Both the position numbers and the translations under genes were made by a program. Positions 1 through 11,053 of a stretch of 37,553 bases of DNA are shown here, piece after piece. This DNA comes from Candidatus Roizmanbacteria bacterium (GTDB taxonomy: Bacteria > Patescibacteriota > Microgenomatia > UBA1406 > GWC2-37-13): positions 1 to 37,553 of the forward strand of contig JAPLYQ010000031.1 of the NCBI GenBank assembly GCA_026395475.1, read 5' to 3'. How positions within the stretch are numbered: the stretch's first letter is position 1; each line of letters begins with the position of its first letter. The notes under the pieces were generated by a model that saw only the letters and a list, made by a program, of their open reading frames with translations, had not been told where the DNA came from and did no database searches.

Positions 1-2
1 AT

Positions 3-197
3 AATCACGATATAAAAATAAATGATAATAATGAATATAAATTGATAACCGTCTCTATCCCAAAAGGAAGGAATATATTGTCTTTCTCTTTTGAAAATAC
101 ATTAGTACGGACTGTCGGAAGTATAATAAGCTTTTTTTCGTTGCTCATTTTGGTTTTATGTTCTTATTGGATTCATAAAAAGCGTAGAGAAGCTTAA
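3..197 (+). CDS. 3' end of a membrane protein with a YfhO-like/GT-C-associated C-terminal module (partial, runs off left edge)
   Basis: Frame 3 is open from base 3 to TAA 195-197: NHDIKINDNNEYKLITVSIPKGRNILSFSFENTLVRTVGSIISFFSLLILVLCSYWIHKKRREA*. The 'vPkG..i...f..T..r.g..iS' tail plus terminal TM resembles the C-terminus of the next gene. Not in the ORF track. Confidence 0.7.
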   Translation, partial: NHDIKINDNNEYKLITVSIPKGRNILSFSFENTLVRTVGSIISFFSLLILVLCSYWIHKKRREA

Positions 198-227
198 TTT
201 AGAACCTCAATTATGTATAATGGAAGA

Positions 228-1828
228 GTGAAAAAAATCATTGTGGTTTGTATTGCTTTCATAGCTATTTTTTTCTTTTTAGGAAGAGAATTGAACCCAT
301 TGAACCCTGATATGTTCTTGGTCCATGATAATACCCAGGCTGCACGTATACAGGAGTTCTCACTCAACCTAAAAAGCGGTATTATTCCTCCTCGTCTTGC
401 TCCAAATTTTTCATTCCAACATGGATTTCCTGTTTTCAATTTTTATGCACCTTTTTCTTATTGGATAGGAGCATTTATTCACCTTGCTGGTGTCCCATCC
501 GCAACGGTGCTCAAGACCATGTTTTTCTTGGGCCTTTTTTTAGCATTCATTTCTTTTTTCCTATATGGACAGCTGTTGAAATATTTGTCCGAGGCAATGT
601 GGGAGAGATATGGTTTATCGCACTATTTCCCCTTGGTTTATATTTACTAATGAAAAATGATGAGGAAAAAAATGGGTTATCCTTTATAGCAACAAGTATC
701 TGTCTTTCATTTATATTTTCAGTTCATAATGTGTTATCGCTTGTCTCTGTTGTTTTCATCATTCTCTTTTCATTATTATTGAAGCATAAAAAAAAAGCAC
801 TTCTCTCAGTTTTGATCGGACTTCTTTTGGCCTCTTACTTCCTAATCCCTGCAATCATGGAAAACGGGCTTACCTATGCAAATGAAATCGCTTCAAAAAC
901 GAAATATGGTGACCATTTCCTCTGTGTATGGCAATTGTGGAAAGCTAATAAATGGAGCTTTGGAGGCAGTGGTATTGGATGCGTTAACGATGATATGTCT
1001 TTTCAAATAGGAAAAGTGCAATTGATCCTTTCTGGAATTGGCCTTATTGCATTTCTCGTACTGTTCAAGAAACAAAATCAGAAAATAATGTTAGCAATGC
1101 CATTGTTTATATTTGGGTGGACACTTCTTAGCGCATTTCTCACCACCTATCTCTCTAAGCCTATTTGGGACCTGATGTCACCTATAATGGCTGTTTTTCA
1201 ATATCCATGGCGCTTCCTCACTTTTGTCGTCTTTGGTACAGCTTTTTTTGCATCATATTTAGTTAATGTTACAAATAATAAAAAGGCTCAAATTATCATT
1301 GCTGTCGTTTTGTCCACTGGAGTACTTTTTATTTCAAGTAAATTTTTTTCTCGCCCATGGAAATATCCTTTAGATGAATATACAAGTAGTTATTTGACAG
1401 AAAAATATATTGGTCAAAAAGCAGCATATGAAATTCCGGAATATTTTCCTCGTTCCGGAGATTATAGAACATGGAGACTCTATGATACGTCAGCAACTGG
1501 ATTCTATGTAAATCCATTGATATATAAAATTAATAAACCATTTTACAAGGAGATTAATATTAACCAAGATCAGATTACGTTGCCTATCCACTATTTTCCG
1601 TTTTGGGAGATCATGATTGATGGAAAAATATTTGTTCCTCACTCTTTCGACAAGTTGGGAAGACCTATTCTATCCAATCTTTCTACTCATTCAGCAATAG
1701 TGGTGAGGTATAATGAGACACCTACTGAGAAGAGCGCAAATGCTATAACAATAGTTACATTTGGAGCACTTTTCGTTGTTTGCTTAAATAAAAAATTATG
1801 GAAAAAGATAAACTCTATTCTGAAATAA
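228..1828 (+). pseudogene. GT-C-type polytopic membrane protein (PTPS-related membrane domain/YfhO-like), split across two frames at ~560-566
   Basis: The 213..650 frame gives the N-terminal motifs HD..Q.ARI...G.IPPR.AP....G.P.FNFYAP; the 461..1828 frame gives the continuation EIFVRGN.GE..., QYPWRF, YFPFW. Likely start is GTG 228, 6 nt after TATAAT 216-221. Confidence 0.7.
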
Positions 1829-3243
1829 AACACAATAGTATTGTGAGCACATTGAGCCTTTTTTTTCAAAGTGGCTATTCTGCCATGTTAGGGCTTGTGG
1901 CAAATTTAGTAGTGACGATCCTACTATCTCCTGCGATATTTGGGATGTACATCACTGTAATGTCACTTATCTCCGTATTAAATTATTTTTCTGATATTGG
2001 CTTAGCCGCATCTTTAGTCCAAAAAAAAGAAGCTTCTCAGAATGACTTCTCCACCACTTTTACTGTCCAACAAGCACTTGTTGTCTTTATTGTTTTTATC
2101 GGATTTTTAGGAACAGAATTTGTAAGATCTTTTTATAAACTACCACCAGAAGCCATATATCTTTACTGGGCTCTTCTCGTAAGCTTTTTCACTTCATCCC
2201 TCAAAACAATTCCTTCCATTTTGCTTGAACGTAAAATCGCCTTTCAGAAAATTGTTCTTGTCCAGATAATTGAAAGCACTGTTTTTTATATATCGATAAT
2301 TTCATTGGCAATTTTAAAATTTGGATTAACTAGTTTTACAATCGCAGTCCTTTTGAGATCTATCACGGGGTTGATACTCATCTACATTATTTCTCCATGG
2401 AAGCCAAAATTTGGGGTATCAAAACCAAGTTTGAAAGAGCTACTATCCTTTGGGGTTCCTTTTCAAGCGAGCTCCTTCTTAGCGTTATTTAAGGATGATC
2501 TGATTACTTTATTTTTGGGAAAAGTGGTTGGATTTGAAGCGGTAGGATATATTGGATGGGCCAAAAAATGGGCCGAAGCGCCTATCAGGATTATCATGGA
2601 TAACATCACGAAGGTTTTATTCCCAGTTCTCTCTCGACTTCAAAATGACAAAGAAAAAGTGAAACAGTTGATAGAAAAAATCATGTTTTATCAAACAGCG
2701 CTACTCACTCCATCAATTCTAGGACTTGGAATCTTGATGGATGATGTAATTCATGTTATTCCAAAGTATTCAAAATGGGTACCCGCCCTTCCTCTTCTTT
2801 ATATTTTTTGTATATCTGCTTTTTTTGCATCATTTTCATCCCCTCTTATCAATTTAATTAACTCTCTTGGGAAAGCAAAGATATCATTTATATTTATGTT
2901 CATCTGGACAATTATTACGTGGATATTAACTCCTCTGCTCACGCATTATTATGGATATTATGGATTCCCACTTACTGTAATGATCGTGTCACTTTCATCA
3001 ATATTTGTAGTTAAAAAAGCCCAAGAATTTGTGCCATTTCATATCTTTGCATCGATCTATAAGCCATTCTTTTCCTCCCTTGCAATGGCGGTTGTCATGA
3101 TACTTGTAAAGCAGCTGTTTCCACATACCCTTTATGGCATTGTGCTTACCGGATTATCAGGAAGTGTCACATACTTGCTTGTGCTTATGTATATATTTAA
3201 AATAAACATTATGAACGAATTAGTATTATTATTTAAAAAATAA
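1798..3243 (+). CDS. Wzx/MOP-family oligosaccharide flippase
   Basis: 481 aa, ~12-14 TM segments, LLSP..FG and FSDIGLAASLVQKK motifs typical of polysaccharide-synthesis flippases; lies among GT genes. Confidence 0.85.
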   Translation: MEKDKLYSEIKHNSIVSTLSLFFQSGYSAMLGLVANLVVTILLSPAIFGMYITVMSLISVLNYFSDIGLAASLVQKKEASQNDFSTTFTVQQALVVFIVFIGFLGTEFVRSFYKLPPEAIYLYWALLVSFFTSSLKTIPSILLERKIAFQKIVLVQIIESTVFYISIISLAILKFGLTSFTIAVLLRSITGLILIYIISPWKPKFGVSKPSLKELLSFGVPFQASSFLALFKDDLITLFLGKVVGFEAVGYIGWAKKWAEAPIRIIMDNITKVLFPVLSRLQNDKEKVKQLIEKIMFYQTALLTPSILGLGILMDDVIHVIPKYSKWVPALPLLYIFCISAFFASFSSPLINLINSLGKAKISFIFMFIWTIITWILTPLLTHYYGYYGFPLTVMIVSLSSIFVVKKAQEFVPFHIFASIYKPFFSSLAMAVVMILVKQLFPHTLYGIVLTGLSGSVTYLLVLMYIFKINIMNELVLLFKK

Positions 3244-3244
3244 T

Positions 3245-4128
3245 ATGAAAATCACAGGAATCACAATAATCAAAGGACGACCAGACCACGTATATGCGTG
3301 TTTAACATCTCTTGAGAAGCTTGCGGATGAGGTCATGGTTGTCGATATTGGAATGGAAGCTTCGCTCAAAGAAGAAGTAAAAAAATGAAAAAGGTAACTG
3401 TAATTGAAGAAGAACATGTAGAGTATGTAGAACTTATACGAGAAAGAGTAAAAAATAAAGCAAAACATGAATATGTGTTCTTTTTAGATGCTGATGAAGA
3501 ATTGTCATCTTCTCTTATCGATGAATTAAAAAATATATATAAAAAATACGATGTAATAAAAATTCCACGAAAGAACATGGTTTTTGGGTCCTGGGTGCAA
3601 CATAGTAGATGGTGGCCAGATTATCAAATACGATTATTTAAAAAAACCGCTCTTGTTTGGCCAACAAAAATACACCAACAACCAGAAATAAACGGTGAAG
3701 TCTATGAACTTCCACCTGAAGAAAAAAATGCGATACTTCATCACAATTATGACTCAATTGATGACTTTATTATAAGAATGATGCGTTATGCCAAAATAGA
3801 AGCGCTTGAAAAAATTGAATCCAAAAAAGAGTTTCATTTGAGAGAAGCAACAGGAAATGCTGTGTCAGAATTTGTCAGTAGATATTTTGCCGGTGAGGGT
3901 TATAAAGATGGCATGCTTGGCTTTACTTTGGGAATACTCCAACTCTTTTATTCATTTCTCGTCTACTTCTACTATTGGGAAAAGAGGCGATATAGTGCTG
4001 ATATTGAAGACCCAGCAGCAAATATGAAACGATTCTTCGCTCAGGGTCTTGCAGAAACAATCTATTGGGGACCTAAGCGTGTTACTGATAAAATACTGGG
4101 CGCAATGATTAGAAGAATGATGAAGTAA
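3245..4128 (+). pseudogene. GT2 glycosyltransferase (beta-1,4-glucosyltransferase-like), interrupted by a frameshift in an A7 tract
   Basis: ATG 3245 gives MKITGITIIKGRPDHVYACLTSLEKLADEVMVVDIG...EEVKK then TGA 3386-3388. The -1 frame (3385..4128) continues with YVFFLDADEE, WWPDYQIRLF and HHNY, paralogous to 14171..14944. Confidence 0.8.
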
Positions 4129-4135
4129 AACTACT

Positions 4136-5845
4136 ATGAAAAAAGCGAAATTGAGTGCTTTGATATTTATCCTATTCGTCTTCATAACTGTATTCGCATT
4201 TGTTATTCGAATATATAAGGTGGATCGTGCACCCTCAGGATTGCTCGTTGATGAAGCAAGTTTTGGATATAATGCCTACTCAATCCTTAAAACAGGTAAA
4301 GACGAACATGGCGTTTTGTTTCCATTAATTTTTAAGGCATTCGGGGATCAGAAGTTACCAGCCTATGCATACTCAGTTGTTCCCTTCATTAAGGTATTTG
4401 GCCTAAACAATCTCGCAGTACGTCTGCCTTCTGTCTTGGCAGGCACTTTACTTTCAGGAGTAGTTTTTCTCTTACTGATTGAGGTTGGTTTTACACTTCC
4501 CGTAAGCTTTATTGGAGGACTTATAACTGCTACCTCACCGTGGTCAGTAATTTTAAGCAGGTTTGGTTTCGAATCAAACTTTGGTCTCCTTTTTTTTATG
4601 CTTGGTTTTTTATTCACCTATAAATCGTATAAAAATAAAAGTATTTTATCTGCAATATTTTCTGGAATATTTTTTGGCATCACTTTATATAGTTATATAG
4701 CATTTAAACTTATTACTCCCGTTCTTCTAGTTGGCGTTATCACATTACAACACTTTATAGAAAAACAGAATAAGAAGGTGAGTGTTTTTATCTTTATTGC
4801 TTTTTTACTGTCGATCCTCCCCATCCTCATAACCGCCTTTTCATCGCAGTCAACTGCACGGTTTACTCAGGTCGGCTTAAACTATAACACGGGGTTAAAG
4901 ATGGAGATTAATGAAGATCGCGCATTTTGTGGTATTAAGTTACCTGGGTTACTGTGTTATGCAACAGCGAATAAGCCGCTTTTCTATCTAAGAACGTACT
5001 TGTATCGATATATCACGGCTTTATCCCCTTCCTATCTTTTTCTTGAAGGTGACACTGAATATAAATATCTAAACGTTGACAATTTTGGATCGTATTATGT
5101 ATGGCTACTACCTTTTTACTTACTGGGATTTTTTTACTTATGGAAGAAGGCGAGTTCTCGACTACTTGCTAGATTTGAAATAATTCTTCTGCTTGGTCTT
5201 TTAATTTGTCCTCTTCCAACGCTTCTAGTCAGTGGACCACAAAAAGTACGTATCTCTGCTTTTTTTCCTTTCATCCTCTTCGTAATACTTTATGGAGTTG
5301 CTCAGATTGAAACAATTTTGAAAAAATCATGGCATAAATATGTTTTTTTTGGCACCATTATACTTTTATCTTTTCTCTCCATCGGTTATTTTATGATTCA
5401 TTTTTTAACAATCCATATTCAAAAAAATGAACTATCTTATGGAACTTATATTCCCAAACTTATGAAATATCTCGGTCAACAAGATAAAAATGTACAAATC
5501 TATATTAGATCACTTCCAGAAGCTGTCACATATTTTGCTTATGAGAATACAGTAGATCCAAAATCATATCAGGAAAATGTAATATTTAAGCAACCTGATG
5601 CAATTGGATTTGCCCATGCAAAAGATCTCATGAATATTCATATAATTGAACAAGATATGTTTGGAATTGCTTGTAAAGCAAGAAGTCAGAAAGAAGAAGC
5701 TTTGTTTGTTTCAAGCGATAATGATCTTTCAGTACCAATTAAATCAAAAACAGTCTTTAACTCCGAAAATGGAGTAAACGCAGCCGCAGTTGTATATGAT
5801 TTAAAAAATATTATTTTCGATTATGCTCGCTGCCCTCAAAAATAA
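4136..5845 (+). CDS. ArnT/PMT-like (GT39/GT83) GT-C membrane glycosyltransferase
   Basis: DEASFGYNAYSILKTGKDEHG...FGD.K.P.Y.Y...GLN..AVRLPS motif followed by multiple TM helices. Confidence 0.85.
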   Translation: MKKAKLSALIFILFVFITVFAFVIRIYKVDRAPSGLLVDEASFGYNAYSILKTGKDEHGVLFPLIFKAFGDQKLPAYAYSVVPFIKVFGLNNLAVRLPSVLAGTLLSGVVFLLLIEVGFTLPVSFIGGLITATSPWSVILSRFGFESNFGLLFFMLGFLFTYKSYKNKSILSAIFSGIFFGITLYSYIAFKLITPVLLVGVITLQHFIEKQNKKVSVFIFIAFLLSILPILITAFSSQSTARFTQVGLNYNTGLKMEINEDRAFCGIKLPGLLCYATANKPLFYLRTYLYRYITALSPSYLFLEGDTEYKYLNVDNFGSYYVWLLPFYLLGFFYLWKKASSRLLARFEIILLLGLLICPLPTLLVSGPQKVRISAFFPFILFVILYGVAQIETILKKSWHKYVFFGTIILLSFLSIGYFMIHFLTIHIQKNELSYGTYIPKLMKYLGQQDKNVQIYIRSLPEAVTYFAYENTVDPKSYQENVIFKQPDAIGFAHAKDLMNIHIIEQDMFGIACKARSQKEEALFVSSDNDLSVPIKSKTVFNSENGVNAAAVVYDLKNIIFDYARCPQK

Positions 5846-7481
5846 TAGATTGGAGAAAATAATATTTATTCTTTTTCTTTTATCTTTAGGTGTCAGATTT
5901 TACTTTCTTTTCTTTGGATTTGGGTCAATTACCAATGATGAAGCAGACTATTACCTCACAAGTTACCTATTTGCAAAAACGGGAACTGACCAATTTGGTC
6001 ATACTCTTTTTTTTAGCTCAGGCTTTTTAAATGCAATATCAAGTGTACCTGTGTATATCGGCGCACTTTTTTTCAAAATACTTCCTATCAAAAGTATTCT
6101 TCTTGCACGTCTACCTTTTGCACTCCTTAATTCATTAACTCCAGTATTATTCTTTACTTGCATATATTTTTTTTCCAATAGTATCCTCTACTCACTTATA
6201 GGTTTTGGGATTTTTAATTTTTCTCCTTGGTTTTCGCATCTTTCAGCAACTGCGGCATTTGATTCTCCTCTCTCATTACTCTTCTTCTTGGGAGCAGTAA
6301 ACAGTTTTTGTTACATAAAAAAGCCAATTTGGCTTAAATATGGTTTATTTATTTTCTTCAACTTCCTTGCGTTCAATTCTTATATGGGGTTCAAGACTAT
6401 CTTTCCTTTCTTATCACTCCTTTTCTTACTTTTGTATTTTTATTCACAAAAAAATAAGCTTTCTTTGAAGCAAATTGGCTTTTGGGTTATTTTCTCAGTC
6501 TTCATTTTTGTATCTTTTTTTACAATATCACTCAAAGGGCCAGGAGGCAACCTTTTCTCAAGTCGCGCTACAAAAACAATTGTTTTTCTCAACAAGAATT
6601 TAATCGAGAATGAGGTATGGTATGCAAATTTAACAACAAATAATAAAGTCGTCAGAAAACTATTTAATAACAAAGCTATTGCTCCTCTGCAATTATTCAT
6701 GTCAAAATACGCTAATGTATTTAACCCTGCAATATATTTTTTTGCAGAACCGCACATTATATATGGCTTACGCATAATGGGCCTTTTCTTTGTGACAGAT
6801 ATCTTTTTCTTTGCAATTGGATTGTTTTTTGGATTCCAGACTTTAACGTATAAAATGAAAGCTCTGATTCTCGGATTGTTATGTATAGCACCAATTCCTG
6901 CTGCCCTTCAGATAGAAGGTCTTACAGTGGCATTGAGAGGAATATTCTTGCTCCCTGCAATTTCACTTGTCATTGCGTGTGGATATCACTTTCTTATTAT
7001 AAGAATAAAAAATAAATTATTTTATATTGCTCTTATACTTTTATTTGTATTTAACATATGCAGCTTTTTTGCGCTCTATCAAAGTCGTATTAAAACAATA
7101 AGCGCTGAGTCATGGGGAGGAAGTCAAAAAATGGTTATAGAAGATCTCAATCACTATAAAAATAACAAAATACATATATATACTAATGAAGGGAATAGCT
7201 TTTTAATGCTATATGGAATGTACAATGAAATAGCCAATCCACAATCGCTCAAAAGCGAGCTGATAAAGGAAAATGTTGATAAATATGTCTATGAGAACAT
7301 AACCATTCACTTTTCATGTGAGGATATACTTAAGGAAAGTAATGAAGGATACATTGTATTTGATGTAAAAAAATGTCCATCAGAATATAAAGTAAAAAAA
7401 GCCCATTTTAAGACACTCAAAGAGTACTATAGCTTAGACAAATCTGGAGATCTTCTCTATATTCTTGCAAAAAGTATTTAA
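5823..7481 (+). CDS. ArnT/PMT-like GT-C membrane glycosyltransferase (divergent paralog)
   Basis: NDEADY..TSY..AKTGTDQFG, ARLP and FSPW motifs; polytopic. Confidence 0.75.
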   Translation: MLAALKNNRLEKIIFILFLLSLGVRFYFLFFGFGSITNDEADYYLTSYLFAKTGTDQFGHTLFFSSGFLNAISSVPVYIGALFFKILPIKSILLARLPFALLNSLTPVLFFTCIYFFSNSILYSLIGFGIFNFSPWFSHLSATAAFDSPLSLLFFLGAVNSFCYIKKPIWLKYGLFIFFNFLAFNSYMGFKTIFPFLSLLFLLLYFYSQKNKLSLKQIGFWVIFSVFIFVSFFTISLKGPGGNLFSSRATKTIVFLNKNLIENEVWYANLTTNNKVVRKLFNNKAIAPLQLFMSKYANVFNPAIYFFAEPHIIYGLRIMGLFFVTDIFFFAIGLFFGFQTLTYKMKALILGLLCIAPIPAALQIEGLTVALRGIFLLPAISLVIACGYHFLIIRIKNKLFYIALILLFVFNICSFFALYQSRIKTISAESWGGSQKMVIEDLNHYKNNKIHIYTNEGNSFLMLYGMYNEIANPQSLKSELIKENVDKYVYENITIHFSCEDILKESNEGYIVFDVKKCPSEYKVKKAHFKTLKEYYSLDKSGDLLYILAKSI

Positions 7482-9139
7482 TACTTAATATATCCCGTTT
7501 CTGCTAATCTTTTTAAGATTGTGTCTTTTTCTGATTTGAGCAAATAAACATCAGTTCTCATATTAAATGTTTCAGGACTTTTCAGCGCCTCAAGGCCTTT
7601 TATGTGTTCAAGGGAAATATACTTGCCTTCCATCCAATCGGTAAAGAACTTGCCAAACTCAAGCGCTGGTGTTCCAAATATCGACGCTTCATGCTTATAT
7701 ATGATCAACTTAGGAGTATGTGATTCAAATTGCTTAATAAATTCCCCGCTAAAGTATGCACTTTCTCTAAATTGAGGAAGAAGGGTTGGAAATTTACCCG
7801 GTAACTTGGCACCTTTGACAAAAAATTCTTCATTCGGCTCGTAAGGCCCAATCCAGTAATAGTCATCCTTCTGTAAGACTTCATTAATAAAGAATGCGGT
7901 TGGTGCATGGTCATAAATACTTGGCATTTTTTGTGTATAACGCAAATAAAACTTGTTGTAAGTATTTTCTATAAGAAAAATACTTGCAAACACTCCATAG
8001 AGGACAACCATTGCGACAAGGAATTTCTTGATAAATTCTAGAGGCTCAAATGTAAATTTGATATATTTGTATCTCCATAAAAGAAGAAAGAACGATATTG
8101 CACCAAGTGCAATAAAAAGTCCAGATTGATAGTCTGTCTCCCCTATTTTCATAAGGTTGCTACGAGGAGCGGAAAAAGAAAGAACGAAAAAATAAAGTAC
8201 TCCAATTAGCGGTAATTCTTTCAATAAAACGACAAGAAGTAAAAATGTTGAGAGAGCCAACACGAGATCGACTGGAAAGTAAAGATTAAACTCTTTTATG
8301 CGGACTAGGAGTTGGATATAGGTGTTAAAAAAGTTATAAATGATTGTCAGTGCAAATTTAAATGGATTAAAAAAATGCCCCATTTTATAATTTGGGATAT
8401 CTATATACAGTGTAGTGTTATATACAAAATTTGAAATATAAAACTCTTTCCATGAGTTGGAAAGAAGCAGATATAACCCATATATGAGATAAGGAACTGC
8501 ACTTATAAGACAGAAGCGAACAATTTCTCCCCATTTTGGTTTTGATTTAAATAAAAGCACAACAATCCATGTATAAAAAAGGAGTGCAATATAGATATAA
8601 GTAAGGGATGAAAATACAAAAATAAAATTTGCAAGGGAAAAGAAAATAACTGTTTTTAGCTTTGTTTCCTTTTGATAGCTTTCTGTAAAAAGCATCCAAA
8701 AAAGTGCACTAAAAAAAAGAAATGCAATTCCGTCAGCTATAAATAAATGAGTCCAATAATACATTGTGACAAAGGGATACAGAAGAAAGTAACCAGCATA
8801 AAATGGAAATAGTTCTTTGCTTTTTTTCTGGACAAATCGTCCCACCAAGAAAAGAATAAGATATTGAAGTCCTCCCCAAATGAGTCTAAATTTAACAAAT
8901 GAACCAAATGAAAAAAGAAGAATGAGGGCAGACATATACCATGCACCAGGAAGATGGTGATCAAAAAAATCTTTATAGGGAATTTTTCCTTCAAGAATAA
9001 ATTTACCACCAAGGATATTAACAAATTCATCAGGATATGCGATGTATTGAGAGTTAACTAAAAAAATGATTCCAATGAAGACTAGTAAATAGTGGATGGG
9101 CTTTATTTTTTTCACGATCTTGTTGATATAATGAAACAT
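7478..9139 (-). CDS. GT-C-type membrane glycosyltransferase
   Basis: YPDE...G..IL.G.IPYKDFFDHH.PG motif followed by ~10 TM. Start may be ATG 9139 or GTG 9115. Confidence 0.75.
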   Translation of the reverse strand: MFHYINKIVKKIKPIHYLLVFIGIIFLVNSQYIAYPDEFVNILGGKFILEGKIPYKDFFDHHLPGAWYMSALILLFSFGSFVKFRLIWGGLQYLILFLVGRFVQKKSKELFPFYAGYFLLYPFVTMYYWTHLFIADGIAFLFFSALFWMLFTESYQKETKLKTVIFFSLANFIFVFSSLTYIYIALLFYTWIVVLLFKSKPKWGEIVRFCLISAVPYLIYGLYLLLSNSWKEFYISNFVYNTTLYIDIPNYKMGHFFNPFKFALTIIYNFFNTYIQLLVRIKEFNLYFPVDLVLALSTFLLLVVLLKELPLIGVLYFFVLSFSAPRSNLMKIGETDYQSGLFIALGAISFFLLLWRYKYIKFTFEPLEFIKKFLVAMVVLYGVFASIFLIENTYNKFYLRYTQKMPSIYDHAPTAFFINEVLQKDDYYWIGPYEPNEEFFVKGAKLPGKFPTLLPQFRESAYFSGEFIKQFESHTPKLIIYKHEASIFGTPALEFGKFFTDWMEGKYISLEHIKGLEALKSPETFNMRTDVYLLKSEKDTILKRLAETGYIKY

Positions 9140-9952
9140 ATGAAAAAACTTGCATTAATAACGGTGGTATTCAAGAATTATACCATTCTGGACGATTATT
9201 TTGCCACGTTGGCCAAGCAAACAGACTCTGAATTTCATGTATATGTGCTTGATCTTAGTCCAGACCCAGAAAGCTATAATTATCCATCCTATGTAACCTA
9301 TATCCATGATAAAAATGGAGGATATGCCTTTGGTATTAATCAAGGGGTAAAGAAGGCAATTACTGACGGATATGAGCTATTTTGCCCCATGAACTGTGAT
9401 GTCACAGTTAAAGAAAACTTTGTTGAAAGCATAAAAAAAAGTATTACCAATAATCCCACTTCGATAATCGGCGCAAAGATCTATTACTATCCCGGATATG
9501 AATATCATAAAGACAGATATACAAAGAACGATCTTGGAAAGGTGTTGTGGTATGCAGGTGGGATTACCGATTGGAAAAATGTATATACAACACACCGTGG
9601 CGTTGATGAAGTTGATAAAGGACAATACGATGCTCAAGAGAAGACAACATTTATTACCGGGTGTTTAATGGCGTATGATAAATCAGTTGTAGAAAAGATT
9701 GGATATTGGGATGAGAGTTATTTCTTATTTTATGAAGATGCTGATTATTGTACTCGAGCAATGAACAATAGAGTGCCCCTTTTGTATGACCCATCAATTT
9801 GCATGTGGCATAAAAGTGGACAATCAACAAGTGGAGCTGCATCTACATTTCAGCAAAAGTATTTAGAACGTAACAGATTAAAATTTGGTCTTCGATTTGC
9901 ACCACTACGAACCAAGTTTCACTTAATCAAAAACTTTTTTTTACGTAAATAA
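9140..9952 (+). CDS. GT2 glycosyltransferase (WbbL/GT2_like_c type)
   Basis: NGGYAFGINQG, MNCDV, FITGCLM, WDESYFLFYEDADYC and WHK motifs. Start refined to ATG 9140, 7 nt after TGaTATAAT; the ORF-track start 9092 lies inside the opposite gene. Confidence 0.85.
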   Translation: MKKLALITVVFKNYTILDDYFATLAKQTDSEFHVYVLDLSPDPESYNYPSYVTYIHDKNGGYAFGINQGVKKAITDGYELFCPMNCDVTVKENFVESIKKSITNNPTSIIGAKIYYYPGYEYHKDRYTKNDLGKVLWYAGGITDWKNVYTTHRGVDEVDKGQYDAQEKTTFITGCLMAYDKSVVEKIGYWDESYFLFYEDADYCTRAMNNRVPLLYDPSICMWHKSGQSTSGAASTFQQKYLERNRLKFGLRFAPLRTKFHLIKNFFLRK

Positions 9953-11007
9953 GAAATAAGAAGAAATATTCCTTGAACAAAAAGTGAAACATATACTATC
10001 TCCCTTTTAAGAGCAACAGTTTTTGCTGTCCAATCTCCAAAACGGATGAAGGGATAGTATGAAAGAAGAAGTCCAAAGAATAGAATCGATAACTCTTCAA
10101 GAAATTTTGGGAAAAAAGGGACAAAAACAAAGATAGAAAGAAAATACCATGGTTGAATCTCCATTTTATAACAAAGGTATATGATAAGAGCCGCTTGAAA
10201 ACAGAATAATAACTTCATATATCTTGTTATTTCCAATTTTGAGTGCAAGATGACTATTGGCATCGTTATGTACTTTATTCCTGCTGAACAAAGAAGAATA
10301 ATTCGCGACCATACGCTATATTTTTTCCCTAATAGATATATACCTATGAGCCCTAGGGAAAGCGCGATCATATCATTGTGTCCATTTATCAATCCTTCCA
10401 TAATAATTAATGGATGTGTTGCAAAAAGCAGTGCTTCCTTTCTATTTTTTTTATTTAGTAAATACACTGCTAAAAAGTAGAGTGCCCCATTCATGAGTTT
10501 ATAGAAAAAAAATGTCAAGGAAAACTTTCCTAATCCCAAATATGATGGAATAAGTGTAAGCGGGAGAAATGTGGGACCATATGGATAAGTGCGATGTGTC
10601 CAATGCATGAATCGAGTCCATAAGTCTTTTTGAAAGTCTAGTGCAGTATGTGTGTATGGGTTGAGACCGTAATGGGTAAGAATACGAGCGTCAAACAGAT
10701 AGTTAAAAAGATCATGAGATACAAATGGATAAGAAATACAACCTATTATGGCGATAATTCCTGCAATACGAATGGCTGAATACTGTTTAAACTTTTTAAG
10801 AAAAACAAAATGGAAGATAAAAAGGAGAATAAGAAGACTCAGATAAGCGATCCATGATATATCTCTCCGATAATATCCAAGATATACTGCCCAATCCCGA
10901 AACTGTACCCAATAGTTGTTTTGAAAGAAAGTGATGTTTGGATCGATCAGCCAATAGGAGTAGACACCAAACATGACCAATAATATCCCATACAAAGCAA
11001 CTATCAT
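9919..11007 (-). CDS. MptA/MptB-like (polyprenol-phosphomannose-dependent) GT-C glycosyltransferase
   Basis: SHDLFNY...ARI...YGLNPY, YPYGP and HP....E....GHND motifs characteristic of Mpt-type alpha-mannosyltransferases. Confidence 0.7.
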   Translation of the reverse strand: MIVALYGILLVMFGVYSYWLIDPNITFFQNNYWVQFRDWAVYLGYYRRDISWIAYLSLLILLFIFHFVFLKKFKQYSAIRIAGIIAIIGCISYPFVSHDLFNYLFDARILTHYGLNPYTHTALDFQKDLWTRFMHWTHRTYPYGPTFLPLTLIPSYLGLGKFSLTFFFYKLMNGALYFLAVYLLNKKNRKEALLFATHPLIIMEGLINGHNDMIALSLGLIGIYLLGKKYSVWSRIILLCSAGIKYITMPIVILHSKLEITRYMKLLFCFQAALIIYLCYKMEIQPWYFLSIFVFVPFFPKFLEELSILFFGLLLSYYPFIRFGDWTAKTVALKREIVYVSLFVQGIFLLISYLRKKKFLIK

Positions 11008-11053
11008 ATAGGTAATTGTATATTATAGCCTCTCGTTATGCTAGAATATGAAT

